Shown: positions 17,307-27,154 of the stretch, piece after piece | Layout of the letters: the number at the start of each line of letters is the position of its first letter | How positions within the stretch are numbered: position 1 is the first letter of the stretch | Origin: Candidatus Poribacteria bacterium | GTDB lineage: Bacteria; Poribacteria; WGA-4E; WGA-3G | Assembly: GCA_003635195.1 (NCBI GenBank) | Contig: PYIY01000004.1 | Location: 3,527 to 67,526 of the forward strand | DNA length: 64,000 nt | Direction: 5' to 3' | The notes under the pieces: generated by a model | What the model was told of the DNA's origin: nothing | The model's database searches: none | Seen by the model: the letters and a program-made list of their open reading frames with translations, nothing else | Made by a program: the position numbers and the translations under genes

Positions 17307-19355
17307 GTGGGTCAAGATTTCCAAAACAGATCCGAAATGCCGCATACGAAATCCACCCTATCCCCATCAAAACCACTCCCATTAGTCCGCTGGTGGTCTA
17401 TAGCAATTGGACTTATTCTGATCCCAATCAATTGTTATTGGATCACCTATATTGAACTCGTCCAATATTCGGCGCAGCCTACCATCGTTTCGCTGATTTT
17501 CACGGTTGTTTTTAATGTGCTTGTGTTGATAGGATTCAACCAAATATTCAAGCGATTCCTGCCTCGGATGGTACTATCCCAAGGCGAACTTCTGGTTATC
17601 TACGTCATGTTATCCGTCGCGTCAGCGACTGCGGGACACAGCATGATGGAGATTTTGGTCTCCACACTGGGACACGCTTTCTGGTTCGCAACGCCAGAGA
17701 ACGATTGGAAAGACCTGTTTTGGCGGTATATTCCGAGATGGCTTGCTGTGGCGGACAAGGATGTTCTTTCGGGCTACTACGAAGGCAACTCTACACTACA
17801 TACAAGACAACATCTGTTGGGATGGCTAACGCCTGTGATGAATTGGTTTGCGTTTCTTTTTGCGCTGCTTTTTGTCATGGTTTGCATCAACCTTATCGTG
17901 CGGAAACCGTGGACGGAAGATGAGAAACTGGCATATCCGATTATCCAACTTCCAGCGCGAATGACGAGCGACGGTTTTTTCACGAATCGTCTGATGTGGA
18001 TTGCGTTCGGACTTACGGCGGCTTTCGACATCATTAACGGCTTGCACCACATTTTTCCCGCGATACCCTCGGTGTACGAAAAAGCATATCGTTTCAGATT
18101 CACAGAGAAACCCTTCTCCGCAATGGGGTGGCTGAGATTGGGGATTTACCCTTTTGTTTTAGGCATCGGATTTCTGATTCCGTTGGATCTGTTGTTTTCG
18201 AGTTGGTTTTTCTTTTGGGTGTGGAAGGGACAACAACTCATCGGGAGCGTTGCGGGCTTAGAAGGGACAGGCTATCCCTATATCAACTACCAGGGATTTG
18301 GTGCCTATATGGGCATTTTTCTGATTGCCGTTTGGAGAGGCAGAAAATACCTGCAGAATTTACAGGGAACAAAAGCCCACTTTCTTAATGATAATCGCAC
18401 ACAACCTGCAGCCCGTAACGAAGTGGAGGGGGGATCTACGGAAAGACCTGTAAATGTACAAACTCGCTTCAACGAACTGCAAGGCAGCATTAAAAAACCG
18501 ATGTCGCCCCGGATCCTTCTGCTTGCCCTTGTTTCTGGTGTTGCGTTTCTGACCTTTTTCTGTTTGAGAGCGGGTATGTCGCTTTGGGCGATTCTTGTTT
18601 TCTTTGGACTCTATTTCGCCTTTTCAACGGCGGTTTCTCGCATGCGCGCCGAACTCGGATCGCCAATGCACGACTTGCACTATACGGGCCCGGAACGGGT
18701 TATGGTTGCCGCTGTAGGGACCCGTCGGTTGGGACCGCATAATCTTTCGATGTTCTCTTTTTTCTGGTTTTTTACGCGCACCTTCGATTCGCATCCGATG
18801 CCGCATCAACTTGAAGGCTTCAAACTTGCCTCAACGTCAGGCATCCGGAGCCGTTTTATGCTGTTTGCGATCCTTATTGCTTTGGTTGTTGGTATCCTCT
18901 CGCAATTTTGGGCACTTATATCCATCCCTTACCGGCTCGGTGCTGTCCACGAGATGTCCCACGTTCCATTGGTATACGGGGCTGAACCGTGGCGACAGCT
19001 ACAGAACTGGTTAGCGCATCCGCTTGATCCGGACTATTGGGCGTTAGGATTTACCGGAATGGGTCTCCTGTTCTCGCTTTTCCTTATGTTGATGCGGATG
19101 AAGTTTTTCTGGTTCCCTTTTCATCCGGCAGCGTATGCCACCGTGTGCGGGAGCTGGGCAGTTAACTACATCTGGTTCAGTCTGGGAATCGTATGGGTGC
19201 TGAAATTGGTTCTGCTGAAATACGGTGGGCGAAATGTGCATCGCAAAGCGATGCCGTTTTTTCTGGGGTTGATATTGGGACAATTTACCGTCGGGAGTCT
19301 ATGGACAATATTGGGCATGGTGTTTAATATACCGACTTATGGAATCTGGCCGTAG
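17307..19355 (+). CDS. Large polytopic membrane protein (DUF6785/DUF6784-like, possible transporter)
   Basis: GELLVIYVML, W..DEKLAYPI..LP, RMRAELG and FFWFPFHP..Y motifs; contains an in-frame repeat-derived loop near 18400-18497. Confidence 0.7.
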   Translation: MGQDFQNRSEMPHTKSTLSPSKPLPLVRWWSIAIGLILIPINCYWITYIELVQYSAQPTIVSLIFTVVFNVLVLIGFNQIFKRFLPRMVLSQGELLVIYVMLSVASATAGHSMMEILVSTLGHAFWFATPENDWKDLFWRYIPRWLAVADKDVLSGYYEGNSTLHTRQHLLGWLTPVMNWFAFLFALLFVMVCINLIVRKPWTEDEKLAYPIIQLPARMTSDGFFTNRLMWIAFGLTAAFDIINGLHHIFPAIPSVYEKAYRFRFTEKPFSAMGWLRLGIYPFVLGIGFLIPLDLLFSSWFFFWVWKGQQLIGSVAGLEGTGYPYINYQGFGAYMGIFLIAVWRGRKYLQNLQGTKAHFLNDNRTQPAARNEVEGGSTERPVNVQTRFNELQGSIKKPMSPRILLLALVSGVAFLTFFCLRAGMSLWAILVFFGLYFAFSTAVSRMRAELGSPMHDLHYTGPERVMVAAVGTRRLGPHNLSMFSFFWFFTRTFDSHPMPHQLEGFKLASTSGIRSRFMLFAILIALVVGILSQFWALISIPYRLGAVHEMSHVPLVYGAEPWRQLQNWLAHPLDPDYWALGFTGMGLLFSLFLMLMRMKFFWFPFHPAAYATVCGSWAVNYIWFSLGIVWVLKLVLLKYGGRNVHRKAMPFFLGLILGQFTVGSLWTILGMVFNIPTYGIWP

Positions 19356-19435
19356 TACAATGTAGTTGTATTATCTTACAAAACTGACCAATCTTGCTGT
19401 AGTAGTGAACTGTGCGCGCAATATTGTTAACTTCA

Positions 19436-19642
19436 TAACATCAAAAACGTTAGCACGTAACGTAGTGGAGTGCGGATTTAAGGAACGCACTTGATAGCTT
19501 AGACGTGCTTAACTTCTCCGCAAGGAACATTAAAAATTCGTAACATCAAAAACGTTAGCACGTAACGTAGTGGAGTGCGGATTTAAGGAACGCACTCGAT
19601 AGCTTAGACGCGCTTAACTTCTCCGCAAGGAACATTAAAAAT
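19436..19642 (+). repeat. Tandem direct repeat, two ~105-bp units
   Basis: TAACATCAAAAACGTTAGCACGTAACGTAGTGGAGTG...CCGCAAGGAACATTAAAAAT starts at 19436 and 19541 with two substitutions; ends immediately before ATG 19643. Confidence 0.95.
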
Positions 19643-20770
19643 ATGAAAATACAGAAAATTCAGGCGTTTCCACTTGCTTACCCGGAACCGCACTACAAAG
19701 GCATCGAACGTTACCTTACACTCGCTCGCGTAGAGAGCACCGACGGTTTTGTGGGGTGGGGGGAGTGTATCTCACAATTCCGAGAAGCGACACTCGCAAC
19801 ACAGATAATTATTGAGCAGGGATTTGCCCCGTTGCTTATCGGTGAAGATGCTTTAGATGTGGAACGGCACTGGCATAACATGCTCGACCGCATCTGGTGG
19901 TATGGTCCTGAAGGCATCGCTGCATTCGCTGTCAGTGCGGTGGATATGGCGTTATGGGACTTAAAAGGCAAGGCACTCGATCTGCCGGTTTGCCAGCTCC
20001 TTGGTGGTCAAATACACGATAAAATTGTCGCGATGGCATCAATCATCTTTGATATGGAAGACCTGGACTGGACGCTCAACGAATTCCGGTGGTTGCGGGA
20101 GCAGAACTACCGGGTTGTGAAAGGCGGTTGGGGAATGCGCCCAGAGGCGGTATTTGGACTTGACCGTCAGCGGGACCTTGAGGTGGTGCGTCGCGTGCGT
20201 GAAGTCATTGGAGACGAACTTGAGTTGGTCGTTGATACGCCGGGCCACCGTCGCATTTGGGATGTCCCGACAGCCATCCAACGCTTCCGGGATCTTGAAC
20301 CCTATCGGCTCAAATGGATTGAGCAACCTCTACCGCCCGATAACTTTGAAGCATACGCCCAGCTGCGGTCAGCGGTTGCGACACCCATCGGTACGGGTGA
20401 GGATGAGTGGGATGTCGAAAGTTACAAACGGCTTATCCAGTCCGGCGGTGTCGATATTGTACAAATTGATCCGGGACGTTGCCATGGACTCACCGGCAGC
20501 CGGCATGTCATCAAACTGATTGAGGCGGAGAGCCTACAGTTCAGTGCACATTCATGGAGTAGTGCCTTGAATACCGCTGCGAGTCTACACATGCTCGCGA
20601 GTTCGCCGCATGCTGATTGTACGGATTTTAAGCCTCACGAATCCCCGATGCAGCATGAATTGGTCAGCGATCCGTGGATACAAGAGGACGGTTATGTCGC
20701 TATACGCGATGTTCCGGGATTGGGGGTCACAGTGCGGGAAGATGTTGTGGCAAAATATCTGTTTGGATAG
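19643..20770 (+). CDS. Mandelate racemase/muconate lactonizing enzyme family protein
   Basis: SAVDMALWDLKGK, WIEQP and GED enolase-superfamily metal-ligand motifs. Confidence 0.92.
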   Translation: MKIQKIQAFPLAYPEPHYKGIERYLTLARVESTDGFVGWGECISQFREATLATQIIIEQGFAPLLIGEDALDVERHWHNMLDRIWWYGPEGIAAFAVSAVDMALWDLKGKALDLPVCQLLGGQIHDKIVAMASIIFDMEDLDWTLNEFRWLREQNYRVVKGGWGMRPEAVFGLDRQRDLEVVRRVREVIGDELELVVDTPGHRRIWDVPTAIQRFRDLEPYRLKWIEQPLPPDNFEAYAQLRSAVATPIGTGEDEWDVESYKRLIQSGGVDIVQIDPGRCHGLTGSRHVIKLIEAESLQFSAHSWSSALNTAASLHMLASSPHADCTDFKPHESPMQHELVSDPWIQEDGYVAIRDVPGLGVTVREDVVAKYLFG

Positions 20771-20793
20771 CAGTGCAACCGTTTTCTCTATAC

Positions 20794-21348
20794 CTAACCG
20801 TTTGCGTTTTCATCGGTACAACCCATCTCGGTGATTTCCCATCCAATGCGCGGCGTATGCCTAACATACCCGTCTTCGTGAAGATGACAAAGGATTCCCC
20901 AAACCAGTGAGTTGCTTCTGGCAGTATCTCTGTAGTCAACCTTAGGTATACCAAGTCGGTGTCTGATTTCTTCAAGTTGGATAGGCCCCTCGCATCGTGC
21001 TTCTCGTAAAATATTTAGCACTGACGCTTTGAGATCGAATAGAGCCGCGTGTGCACATCGCTTGTTTGCTTCCACGTATGACCGGAGCACGGTGTTGATC
21101 TGTGCTTCGTAGTCAACGGTACGAGCTTTGAACCACTTTAAAAGGTCGGGGTCAATGTTCATAAGATGAGAAGGAAGAGGGGCCGTTTCCCAGAAAGTTT
21201 TATCAGTGGGTTGGGCATCTTTATCATTGAGCGCGTCCTGATAAACTTCCTCATCGCTCATTGCATCGACCTTTTCCCAATCCGTTTCATCAGGAACGTG
21301 TGTGAGTTCTTCAGGCGTATATTTGACTAAAGTAGATTTGTCTTTCAT
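20794..21348 (-). CDS. BrnA-family antitoxin with extra C-terminal winged-helix-like domain
   Basis: TDWEKVDAMSDEE and IDPDLLKWFKA..YEAQINTVLRSYV; overlaps the BrnT gene. Confidence 0.8.
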   Translation of the reverse strand: MKDKSTLVKYTPEELTHVPDETDWEKVDAMSDEEVYQDALNDKDAQPTDKTFWETAPLPSHLMNIDPDLLKWFKARTVDYEAQINTVLRSYVEANKRCAHAALFDLKASVLNILREARCEGPIQLEEIRHRLGIPKVDYRDTARSNSLVWGILCHLHEDGYVRHTPRIGWEITEMGCTDENANG

Positions 21349-21589
21349 CCTTATTTGCCTTTCTCGCTGAAATAATGCGACGCGTGTTGCCGCGCCACGT
21401 ATAAACCACATACAAGAGACGCCCCGCGCTTCGACCAAGGACGACTATTCTTTCTTCACCGTAATCATATCGAATATCTACGCGCTCTATCCGATTGGGG
21501 TCATCAAAAACGAGTGCAGCGCGTTTGAAACTAATTCCACGTTTTTGGATACATTCCTGATTCTTGCGTTCGTCCCATTCAAATCCCAT
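21311..21589 (-). CDS. BrnT-family toxin
   Basis: MGFEWDERKN...KRGISF..A..VF.DP, DYGEER and RIISARKA motifs. Confidence 0.92.
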   Translation of the reverse strand: MGFEWDERKNQECIQKRGISFKRAALVFDDPNRIERVDIRYDYGEERIVVLGRSAGRLLYVVYTWRGNTRRIISARKANKDERQIYFSQIYA

Positions 21590-21709
21590 TATTGCAAGTT
21601 TGAGATGTGTTTTATATACATTGAAGGTGAGTATTTCATCCCAACCCTTACAAAGGGTCCAAACCTTAGTATAGTATAACATGTGCTGCGTGAGTGATCA
21701 AGAAAAATT

Positions 21710-21811
21710 TATAGTAAAATTTAGAATTAATAGGGCACTCTGTGCCGGTTCGGTTAGGAAACCGAACCTACCGGGGATGAAAGTGTCTCTTTATTTTTGA
21801 GATTCACTATA
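21710..21811. mobile_element. Degenerate MITE (TATAGT...ACTATA ends) with REP cargo
   Basis: Imperfect ~29-bp TIRs; REP hairpin at 21745-21774; a similar solo end lies near 59900. Confidence 0.55.
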
Positions 21812-22717
21812 GTCGGACAAATTCGCGTTATTTTCGCTATTAGGGGTTTCGGTAAGGTACGGAACGCGCCAATCGGTCTTTGGAATATAGCATCTCCAGA
21901 ATAAGATAACACACGGAATGCTAATAATGAGTGTTATCAGCCCTATCATCCATGATTCTTGAAACTCTGCGATTGTTTCGTATGCCGCAGGTGTGTCAAG
22001 GTCCATTGTAAGGGATTCTATGATCCACGCGGTTAGGTTATTTACGATATGGAGACTCATCGGAATAAAGAGCGACTTGGTTCGGATATAGAGAATCGCC
22101 ATCGCACAGGCGAAACAGAACGCGCCCAAGAAATTGGTATGCAGAAGTGCAAAGACGACTGATGAAGCGAGAATGGCCCGTGGCACGCCCCACTTGACAG
22201 TCCATCGGGTTAGCAAAATGCCACGTGCGAAGAACTCTTCCAGCACAGGTGCGATCAACACAATCGTTAGATAGTTGATTACGTTCGCGAGGATATAGTT
22301 GTCGCCTCGCCTCCAGATCATTATTGTGGAGTCCTCAAGGTACCACGACTTGACAAATCCGGGAAAAATATAGGATAGCGGCAAAAATAGAAGGTAGATG
22401 GATGCAATGGCGACAATAACAAATGGCACGACCCAGAGGCTATAGCGTCCTAACGTACGCCACTCGGGGAATGTGCCGAACAGTCGGTCGTAAGACAAGC
22501 CTGCCCGGGATAGTGCACCAAAGTTAAACAGAAAGAAGAACCCGTACAAAAATAAGGCGGTCAGTGCTGTTGGAAGTGGAGAACTTCTGCTGTATTTAAA
22601 GAAGATTAAGACAGTAATGATGGTGGCGATAAAAGCGAGAATGCCGCCCATTACCAGTCTCCGACCACGAAGTTCTCGACGCGTTTCAAACGGATTATCT
22701 TGCATACGGTTATTCAC
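21791..22717 (-). CDS. CPBP/CAAX family intramembrane metalloprotease
   Basis: APVLEEFFARG, FALLH and HIVNN motifs. Confidence 0.92.
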   Translation of the reverse strand: MNNRMQDNPFETRRELRGRRLVMGGILAFIATIITVLIFFKYSRSSPLPTALTALFLYGFFFLFNFGALSRAGLSYDRLFGTFPEWRTLGRYSLWVVPFVIVAIASIYLLFLPLSYIFPGFVKSWYLEDSTIMIWRRGDNYILANVINYLTIVLIAPVLEEFFARGILLTRWTVKWGVPRAILASSVVFALLHTNFLGAFCFACAMAILYIRTKSLFIPMSLHIVNNLTAWIIESLTMDLDTPAAYETIAEFQESWMIGLITLIISIPCVILFWRCYIPKTDWRVPYLTETPNSENNANLSDYSESQK

Positions 22718-22756
22718 CTTCGTTGAGTTACCAGAGATTCTGGCAATTACGGTCTG

Positions 22757-23917
22757 CTACCAGTTTGTATGCGAACCGTCACGGCGGCGCAGATGTGGAG
22801 GTTCCGAGAACTTGAATGTCTGTGCCGTTACCAATTCTTCGTTAACTTCGACTCCCAAGCCGGGACCTTCTGGTACCGGTATAGAGGCACCTTCGAGTTT
22901 GTGTTGGATAGGAAACAGATCTTCATCATAGTGTCCAGAATTTTCTGTCGGCGAAGTCCGGATTTCCAGCCAAGCGAAATTGGTAACAGCAGCTGCCAGA
23001 TGAACCGTCGCAGCCGTGCAGATAGGCCCTAACGGGTTGTGTGGCATCAAGTCAATATAGTGCGCCTCGGCTAAGCCAGCAACCTTCATTGATTCCGTCA
23101 AACCGCCGACATTACATACATCAAGACGCGCAAAGTTGGTGATACCACGCTCCAGATAGGGAAGGAATTGCCACTTACTGGAGAATTCCTCGCCTATAGC
23201 AAACGGTACATCCACCATCGTTCGTAGGACTTCATACGCCTCTGGGGTCTCATCCCGGATCGGCTCTTCTAAGAAATCAAGTGTGCCGGAGGGCATACGT
23301 TGACAGAAAGATGCGGCTTCTGCAACACTCAACCGATGATGGTAGTCTATGCCAAGCACAGGTTCAGGTCCGATGGCTTCTCGAAGTGCTGTCAACCACT
23401 CCGCTGCCAGACTGATGGACTCACGTGGCTCAAAGATGTTCTCCTCGCCCAGTTTCGCGCGATGCAACACATTTGTTCGGATGACGTTCCACCCCTTCTG
23501 AAGCAATAAATTTGCGTTCGCAATCAATTCCTCAACTGTAGCCGCACCCGTCGTTGCAAAGCACGGAACAGCGTCGCGTTGTCTTCCACCGAGCAATTGA
23601 TAGACGGGTACATTCAACGCCTTTCCTACAATATCGTGGAGTGCGATGTCAATCGCCGAGATTGCGCCTGTCAATGCCCGACCGCCTTCAAAATATTGGC
23701 TTCGGTACATCTCCTGCCACAACCCACCTATTCGCATCGGGTCGCGCCCAATGAGGAATTCTCGGTAGTGCTTAACTGCCCCAACGACTGCCAGTTCTCG
23801 ACTCGACAGTCCGGATTCACCCCACCCATAAATGCCCTCATCAGTCTCCACTTTGACGATATGCTGATTCCTGTGCCCTACCCAAACAGGATAAGGTTTG
23901 ATGTCAGTAATTTTCAT
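22757..23917 (-). CDS. Mandelate racemase family acid-sugar dehydratase
   Basis: SAIDIALHDIVGK, DYHHR, FLEEP, GEE and PHNPLGP motifs. Confidence 0.9.
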   Translation of the reverse strand: MKITDIKPYPVWVGHRNQHIVKVETDEGIYGWGESGLSSRELAVVGAVKHYREFLIGRDPMRIGGLWQEMYRSQYFEGGRALTGAISAIDIALHDIVGKALNVPVYQLLGGRQRDAVPCFATTGAATVEELIANANLLLQKGWNVIRTNVLHRAKLGEENIFEPRESISLAAEWLTALREAIGPEPVLGIDYHHRLSVAEAASFCQRMPSGTLDFLEEPIRDETPEAYEVLRTMVDVPFAIGEEFSSKWQFLPYLERGITNFARLDVCNVGGLTESMKVAGLAEAHYIDLMPHNPLGPICTAATVHLAAAVTNFAWLEIRTSPTENSGHYDEDLFPIQHKLEGASIPVPEGPGLGVEVNEELVTAQTFKFSEPPHLRRRDGSHTNW

Positions 23918-24099
23918 GATCCATTTTCTCCTGCGCACTTCGTTCTTGGTTTCTAATCCTTATACCAGATTGTTTGGCGTATGTCAATCGATAAGTTGAA
24001 TAAGGTGCAATTTATCAAGGGATCGGAGCAGGCACAAGGCAATAGAGACCCGAAGCTCGCGCATACCTTATCGTTTGCGTCGAGGGCACTGCGGATGAC

Positions 24100-24513
24100 T
24101 TAATCCATAAAGATGCTCCAGAGCCAGAGCGTTGCCACCAGCGATATGCTCCAGCCTATTCCTGCCATCTTCATCCGTCGGTTTTTGATGGCCCGTTTGT
24201 ATGCATCGCTATAGGTGTCAACGTATTCAGGGGACTTGCCTAACAGTCGATGACTTGGAACTGTCGGGTTACTTAGGTTCGCATAGGCGACAGCGAACAT
24301 CCAGCACCCTCCACCGTAAGCGAACCAACGCAAGTCTGCGTCGTGTCCCGTGTCCTGCTTGGCATCTTTTTGCGCGAGTTCGACAACCGGATTGACGGGT
24401 ACGCGCGGTATTATGTTTGGTCCTTCCATCGCCCTTGCTGGAAGTATTAGTACATGGATACTAACCAGTATCGGGGTTATTATTAGTGTGGTGTATCTGA
24501 AAATGGGGTTCAT
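24100..24513 (-). CDS. Hypothetical exported/membrane protein
   Basis: AAGGAG RBS before ATG 24513; signal-like N-terminus, LLGKSPEYV..Y..AY motif and C-terminal TM helix. Confidence 0.7.
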   Translation of the reverse strand: MNPIFRYTTLIITPILVSIHVLILPARAMEGPNIIPRVPVNPVVELAQKDAKQDTGHDADLRWFAYGGGCWMFAVAYANLSNPTVPSHRLLGKSPEYVDTYSDAYKRAIKNRRMKMAGIGWSISLVATLWLWSIFMD

Positions 24514-24625
24514 AGGTTCTCCTTTATATCTAAGAAAATCTGATTGCCTCATCCACAAGTGATTTGAGCTAATAGAATAGGTCCATTACGGAAATTATAC
24601 CGAATCTTGAATGTGTATATCTATT

Positions 24626-24783
24626 CAGGATTTACGCAAATTAAGCAAATATCGGACATTGAGACGCAAAAAGCGGTAATTTTCGCCCTTTAAACCCCCT
24701 AAAGAATCAACGGTATGAAGGTTCCCTATGGGCATTCACCGCCCCTTATCAGGGGGACTTTAAGAGGGAATGCGTAAGTCCTG
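24626..24783. mobile_element. MITE with 13-bp TIR and 6-bp TSD
   Basis: CAGGATTTACGCA / TGCGTAAGTCCTG (12/13 inverted match); TCTATT repeated at 24620-24625 and 24784-24789. Confidence 0.75.
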
Positions 24784-25026
24784 TCTATTTAATTTTGTAA
24801 AAGACGTTTACCTTCACCCAAAAAATTTGAATAGATAAGGTAGGTCAGTGTTCATCACCGACCTACATATTAAAGACACTTTTTTTCGGTAAAAAACGTG
24901 CAAAATCCGGAAAAATAAAAAAATATCGGTTTTTACAATGAAACCCACTTTAGAGAGGTTTGAGTGTATCTTGAATCAAATGGGTGGATGTGATATAATG
25001 CCAAAAACGCAAAGGGGGACGTTCAG

Positions 25027-25869
25027 ATGGCTGAGAACCAGATTAAAGTCGCGGCATGTCAATTGCTCACCAGCGAAGATGTTTCTGCGAGTACCGCGAA
25101 AGTACTCCAGCAGATTGAGAGGTGTGCGGAGATGGAGATCCAGATTGCGGTGTTCCCAGAAGGGTGTCTATTCGGCTACTGTTGCCGGACAGATTACTGG
25201 GACCGCATCTCTCCACAGGTTTTCAAAGAGGCTGAGGTGCAGATTGCCGAGGTTGCGCGTCGGCATGCGATGGCTGTTGTTGTCGGTTCCGCGCACCATG
25301 ATGGCGAGAATTGGCACAACGATTTAGCGATTTTCGATCAACAAGGGAGCCTTAAATATCGGTACGGCAAAACTTTTCTTGCAGGAGAAAAGTGGTGTAT
25401 CAACAATCGTGGGAAATTGCCGATTGTGGAGCTTGCAGGTATTGAGTGTTGTTTTATCATCTGCCACGATGTGCGCTATCCAGAATTGGTGAAACTACCC
25501 GTGGCGATGGGTGCACAACTCTGCATTTTCTGTTCGTGCGAAGCGGGATTATTATCGGAATACAAGCTTTCAGCGTATCGCGCCATGCCGATTTCACGTG
25601 CGACAGAAAACGGGATTTATCTTGTGATGGCGAATACGCCTGCGAATCCTGAGGACATTCGTTCGCCAGGCTCATCGCATGGAAACTCGAAGATTGTACA
25701 TCCAGATGGTAACGTTATCACAGAGGCTGGATTTTTCGGAGATGACATCGTCTCGGCAACAATAGACCTCTCAAAGGCGACAGGTTCGCAGGCAAAACGG
25801 ACTTGCAACGAAGATACAATCCTTCGAGAATGGTTCCAGCAAGGGTGTAAATTCGTTGTGAAAGTCTGA
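25027..25869 (+). CDS. Carbon-nitrogen hydrolase (nitrilase superfamily)
   Basis: VFPEG, Y.K and ICHDVRYPE give the Glu-Lys-Cys triad. Confidence 0.92.
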   Translation: MAENQIKVAACQLLTSEDVSASTAKVLQQIERCAEMEIQIAVFPEGCLFGYCCRTDYWDRISPQVFKEAEVQIAEVARRHAMAVVVGSAHHDGENWHNDLAIFDQQGSLKYRYGKTFLAGEKWCINNRGKLPIVELAGIECCFIICHDVRYPELVKLPVAMGAQLCIFCSCEAGLLSEYKLSAYRAMPISRATENGIYLVMANTPANPEDIRSPGSSHGNSKIVHPDGNVITEAGFFGDDIVSATIDLSKATGSQAKRTCNEDTILREWFQQGCKFVVKV

Positions 25870-25900
25870 AACCAGCAGAACATCTAAAGGAGTTGGATTC

Positions 25901-27154
25901 ATGCTAAGTAAAACTGTTTACATCCGTGCTGCTCTGCTTGTTGACGGGCTAAGCACGTCCGCCCAAGCCGATCAGGCAATCCTTGTATCCGATGGAAGGA
26001 TTGACGCTGTCGGGCATCAAGAAGAGATTGCGAAACAGACACCACCCGACGCGCAGCTTATCGACCTCGGCGACGCTTGTCTCGCGCCGGGACTCATTGA
26101 TGGACATACGCATCTGAGTCTTGCAGGCGATGGTGGGAACTACGTTCAGATGTTCTCTGAAACCGATGAGATGATGGTGCTGACAGGTGCGATGAATCTG
26201 CAACGCCATCTCGCCGCAGGAATTACGACGATCCGCGAACACGGTGCCAGAAACAAAGTGGGATTTACACTCAAAGAAGGACTTGAACGCGGTTACATTC
26301 CCGGTCCGCGCGCCTTAGTGAGTGGACGACCGATCACTTGCACGGGTGGACACTTCCACATGTGTAACGAGACGGCAGATGGTGAGGCTGAGATGCGACG
26401 CTCGGTCCGTCGGTTGGTTCATGAAGGTGCGGATTATATCAAGATTATGGCATCAGGCGGTGGTACTGCCGGAACGATTCCGGGACGTGCCAGTTACTCT
26501 GTCGCCGAGTTGCACGCCGCTGTCCACGAAGCGCACCACTTCCATCGACTCACAGTGGCACATTGCCGCGCGAAAGAATCGATGGTCCGCGCGGTTGAGG
26601 CAGGCATCGATTTGATGGAGCATGCCGAGTTTCTGGACCCAGATGGTGAACTCCGTTTTGACCCTAAGATTGCCGAGATGATGGCGGAATCCGGGATTTG
26701 GATTAGTCCAACCCTCCAAGCGTGGACGGGCTATCCGCGCATCGTTGAACTCCGTGCGAAACGTGATAGCGACGCGATTTCTGCTGATGAAGCAACCGAA
26801 TTACAACGACTTGAGGCTCGGTCAGAAGTGCGCTTAGATGTGATGCGGCGTATGCTCGACTACGACCTTCGTGATAGGATTGTGCCGGGTACCGATTCAG
26901 GTGTTGGTAACCTTGCATTCGGTCATCTTGATTATGATTTGCAGCTGCTGGTTCAAGTCGGATTTACGCCTGCGGAGGCACTTATCTCAGCGACTCGGAT
27001 CTCCGCGGCGGCAATCGGGATGGCGGACGAAATTGGGACTATTGCCCCGGGGAAAATCGCGGATCTCGTTGCTTTTAAGGGCGATCCGACGAATGATGTA
27101 GATGCTGTTAGCCGAGTGGCAGCGGTGTTCCAAGCGGGGCAACGCGTGAAATGA
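25901..27154 (+). CDS. Metal-dependent amidohydrolase
   Basis: PGLIDGHTH, IKIMASGG, EHA, GTDSG and GKIADLV motifs. Confidence 0.92.
   Translation: MLSKTVYIRAALLVDGLSTSAQADQAILVSDGRIDAVGHQEEIAKQTPPDAQLIDLGDACLAPGLIDGHTHLSLAGDGGNYVQMFSETDEMMVLTGAMNLQRHLAAGITTIREHGARNKVGFTLKEGLERGYIPGPRALVSGRPITCTGGHFHMCNETADGEAEMRRSVRRLVHEGADYIKIMASGGGTAGTIPGRASYSVAELHAAVHEAHHFHRLTVAHCRAKESMVRAVEAGIDLMEHAEFLDPDGELRFDPKIAEMMAESGIWISPTLQAWTGYPRIVELRAKRDSDAISADEATELQRLEARSEVRLDVMRRMLDYDLRDRIVPGTDSGVGNLAFGHLDYDLQLLVQVGFTPAEALISATRISAAAIGMADEIGTIAPGKIADLVAFKGDPTNDVDAVSRVAAVFQAGQRVK

Noticed and set aside
19436-19642. Possible CRISPR array
   Set aside because: Only two 105-bp units that are near-identical throughout, with no unique spacers and no cas genes in the window
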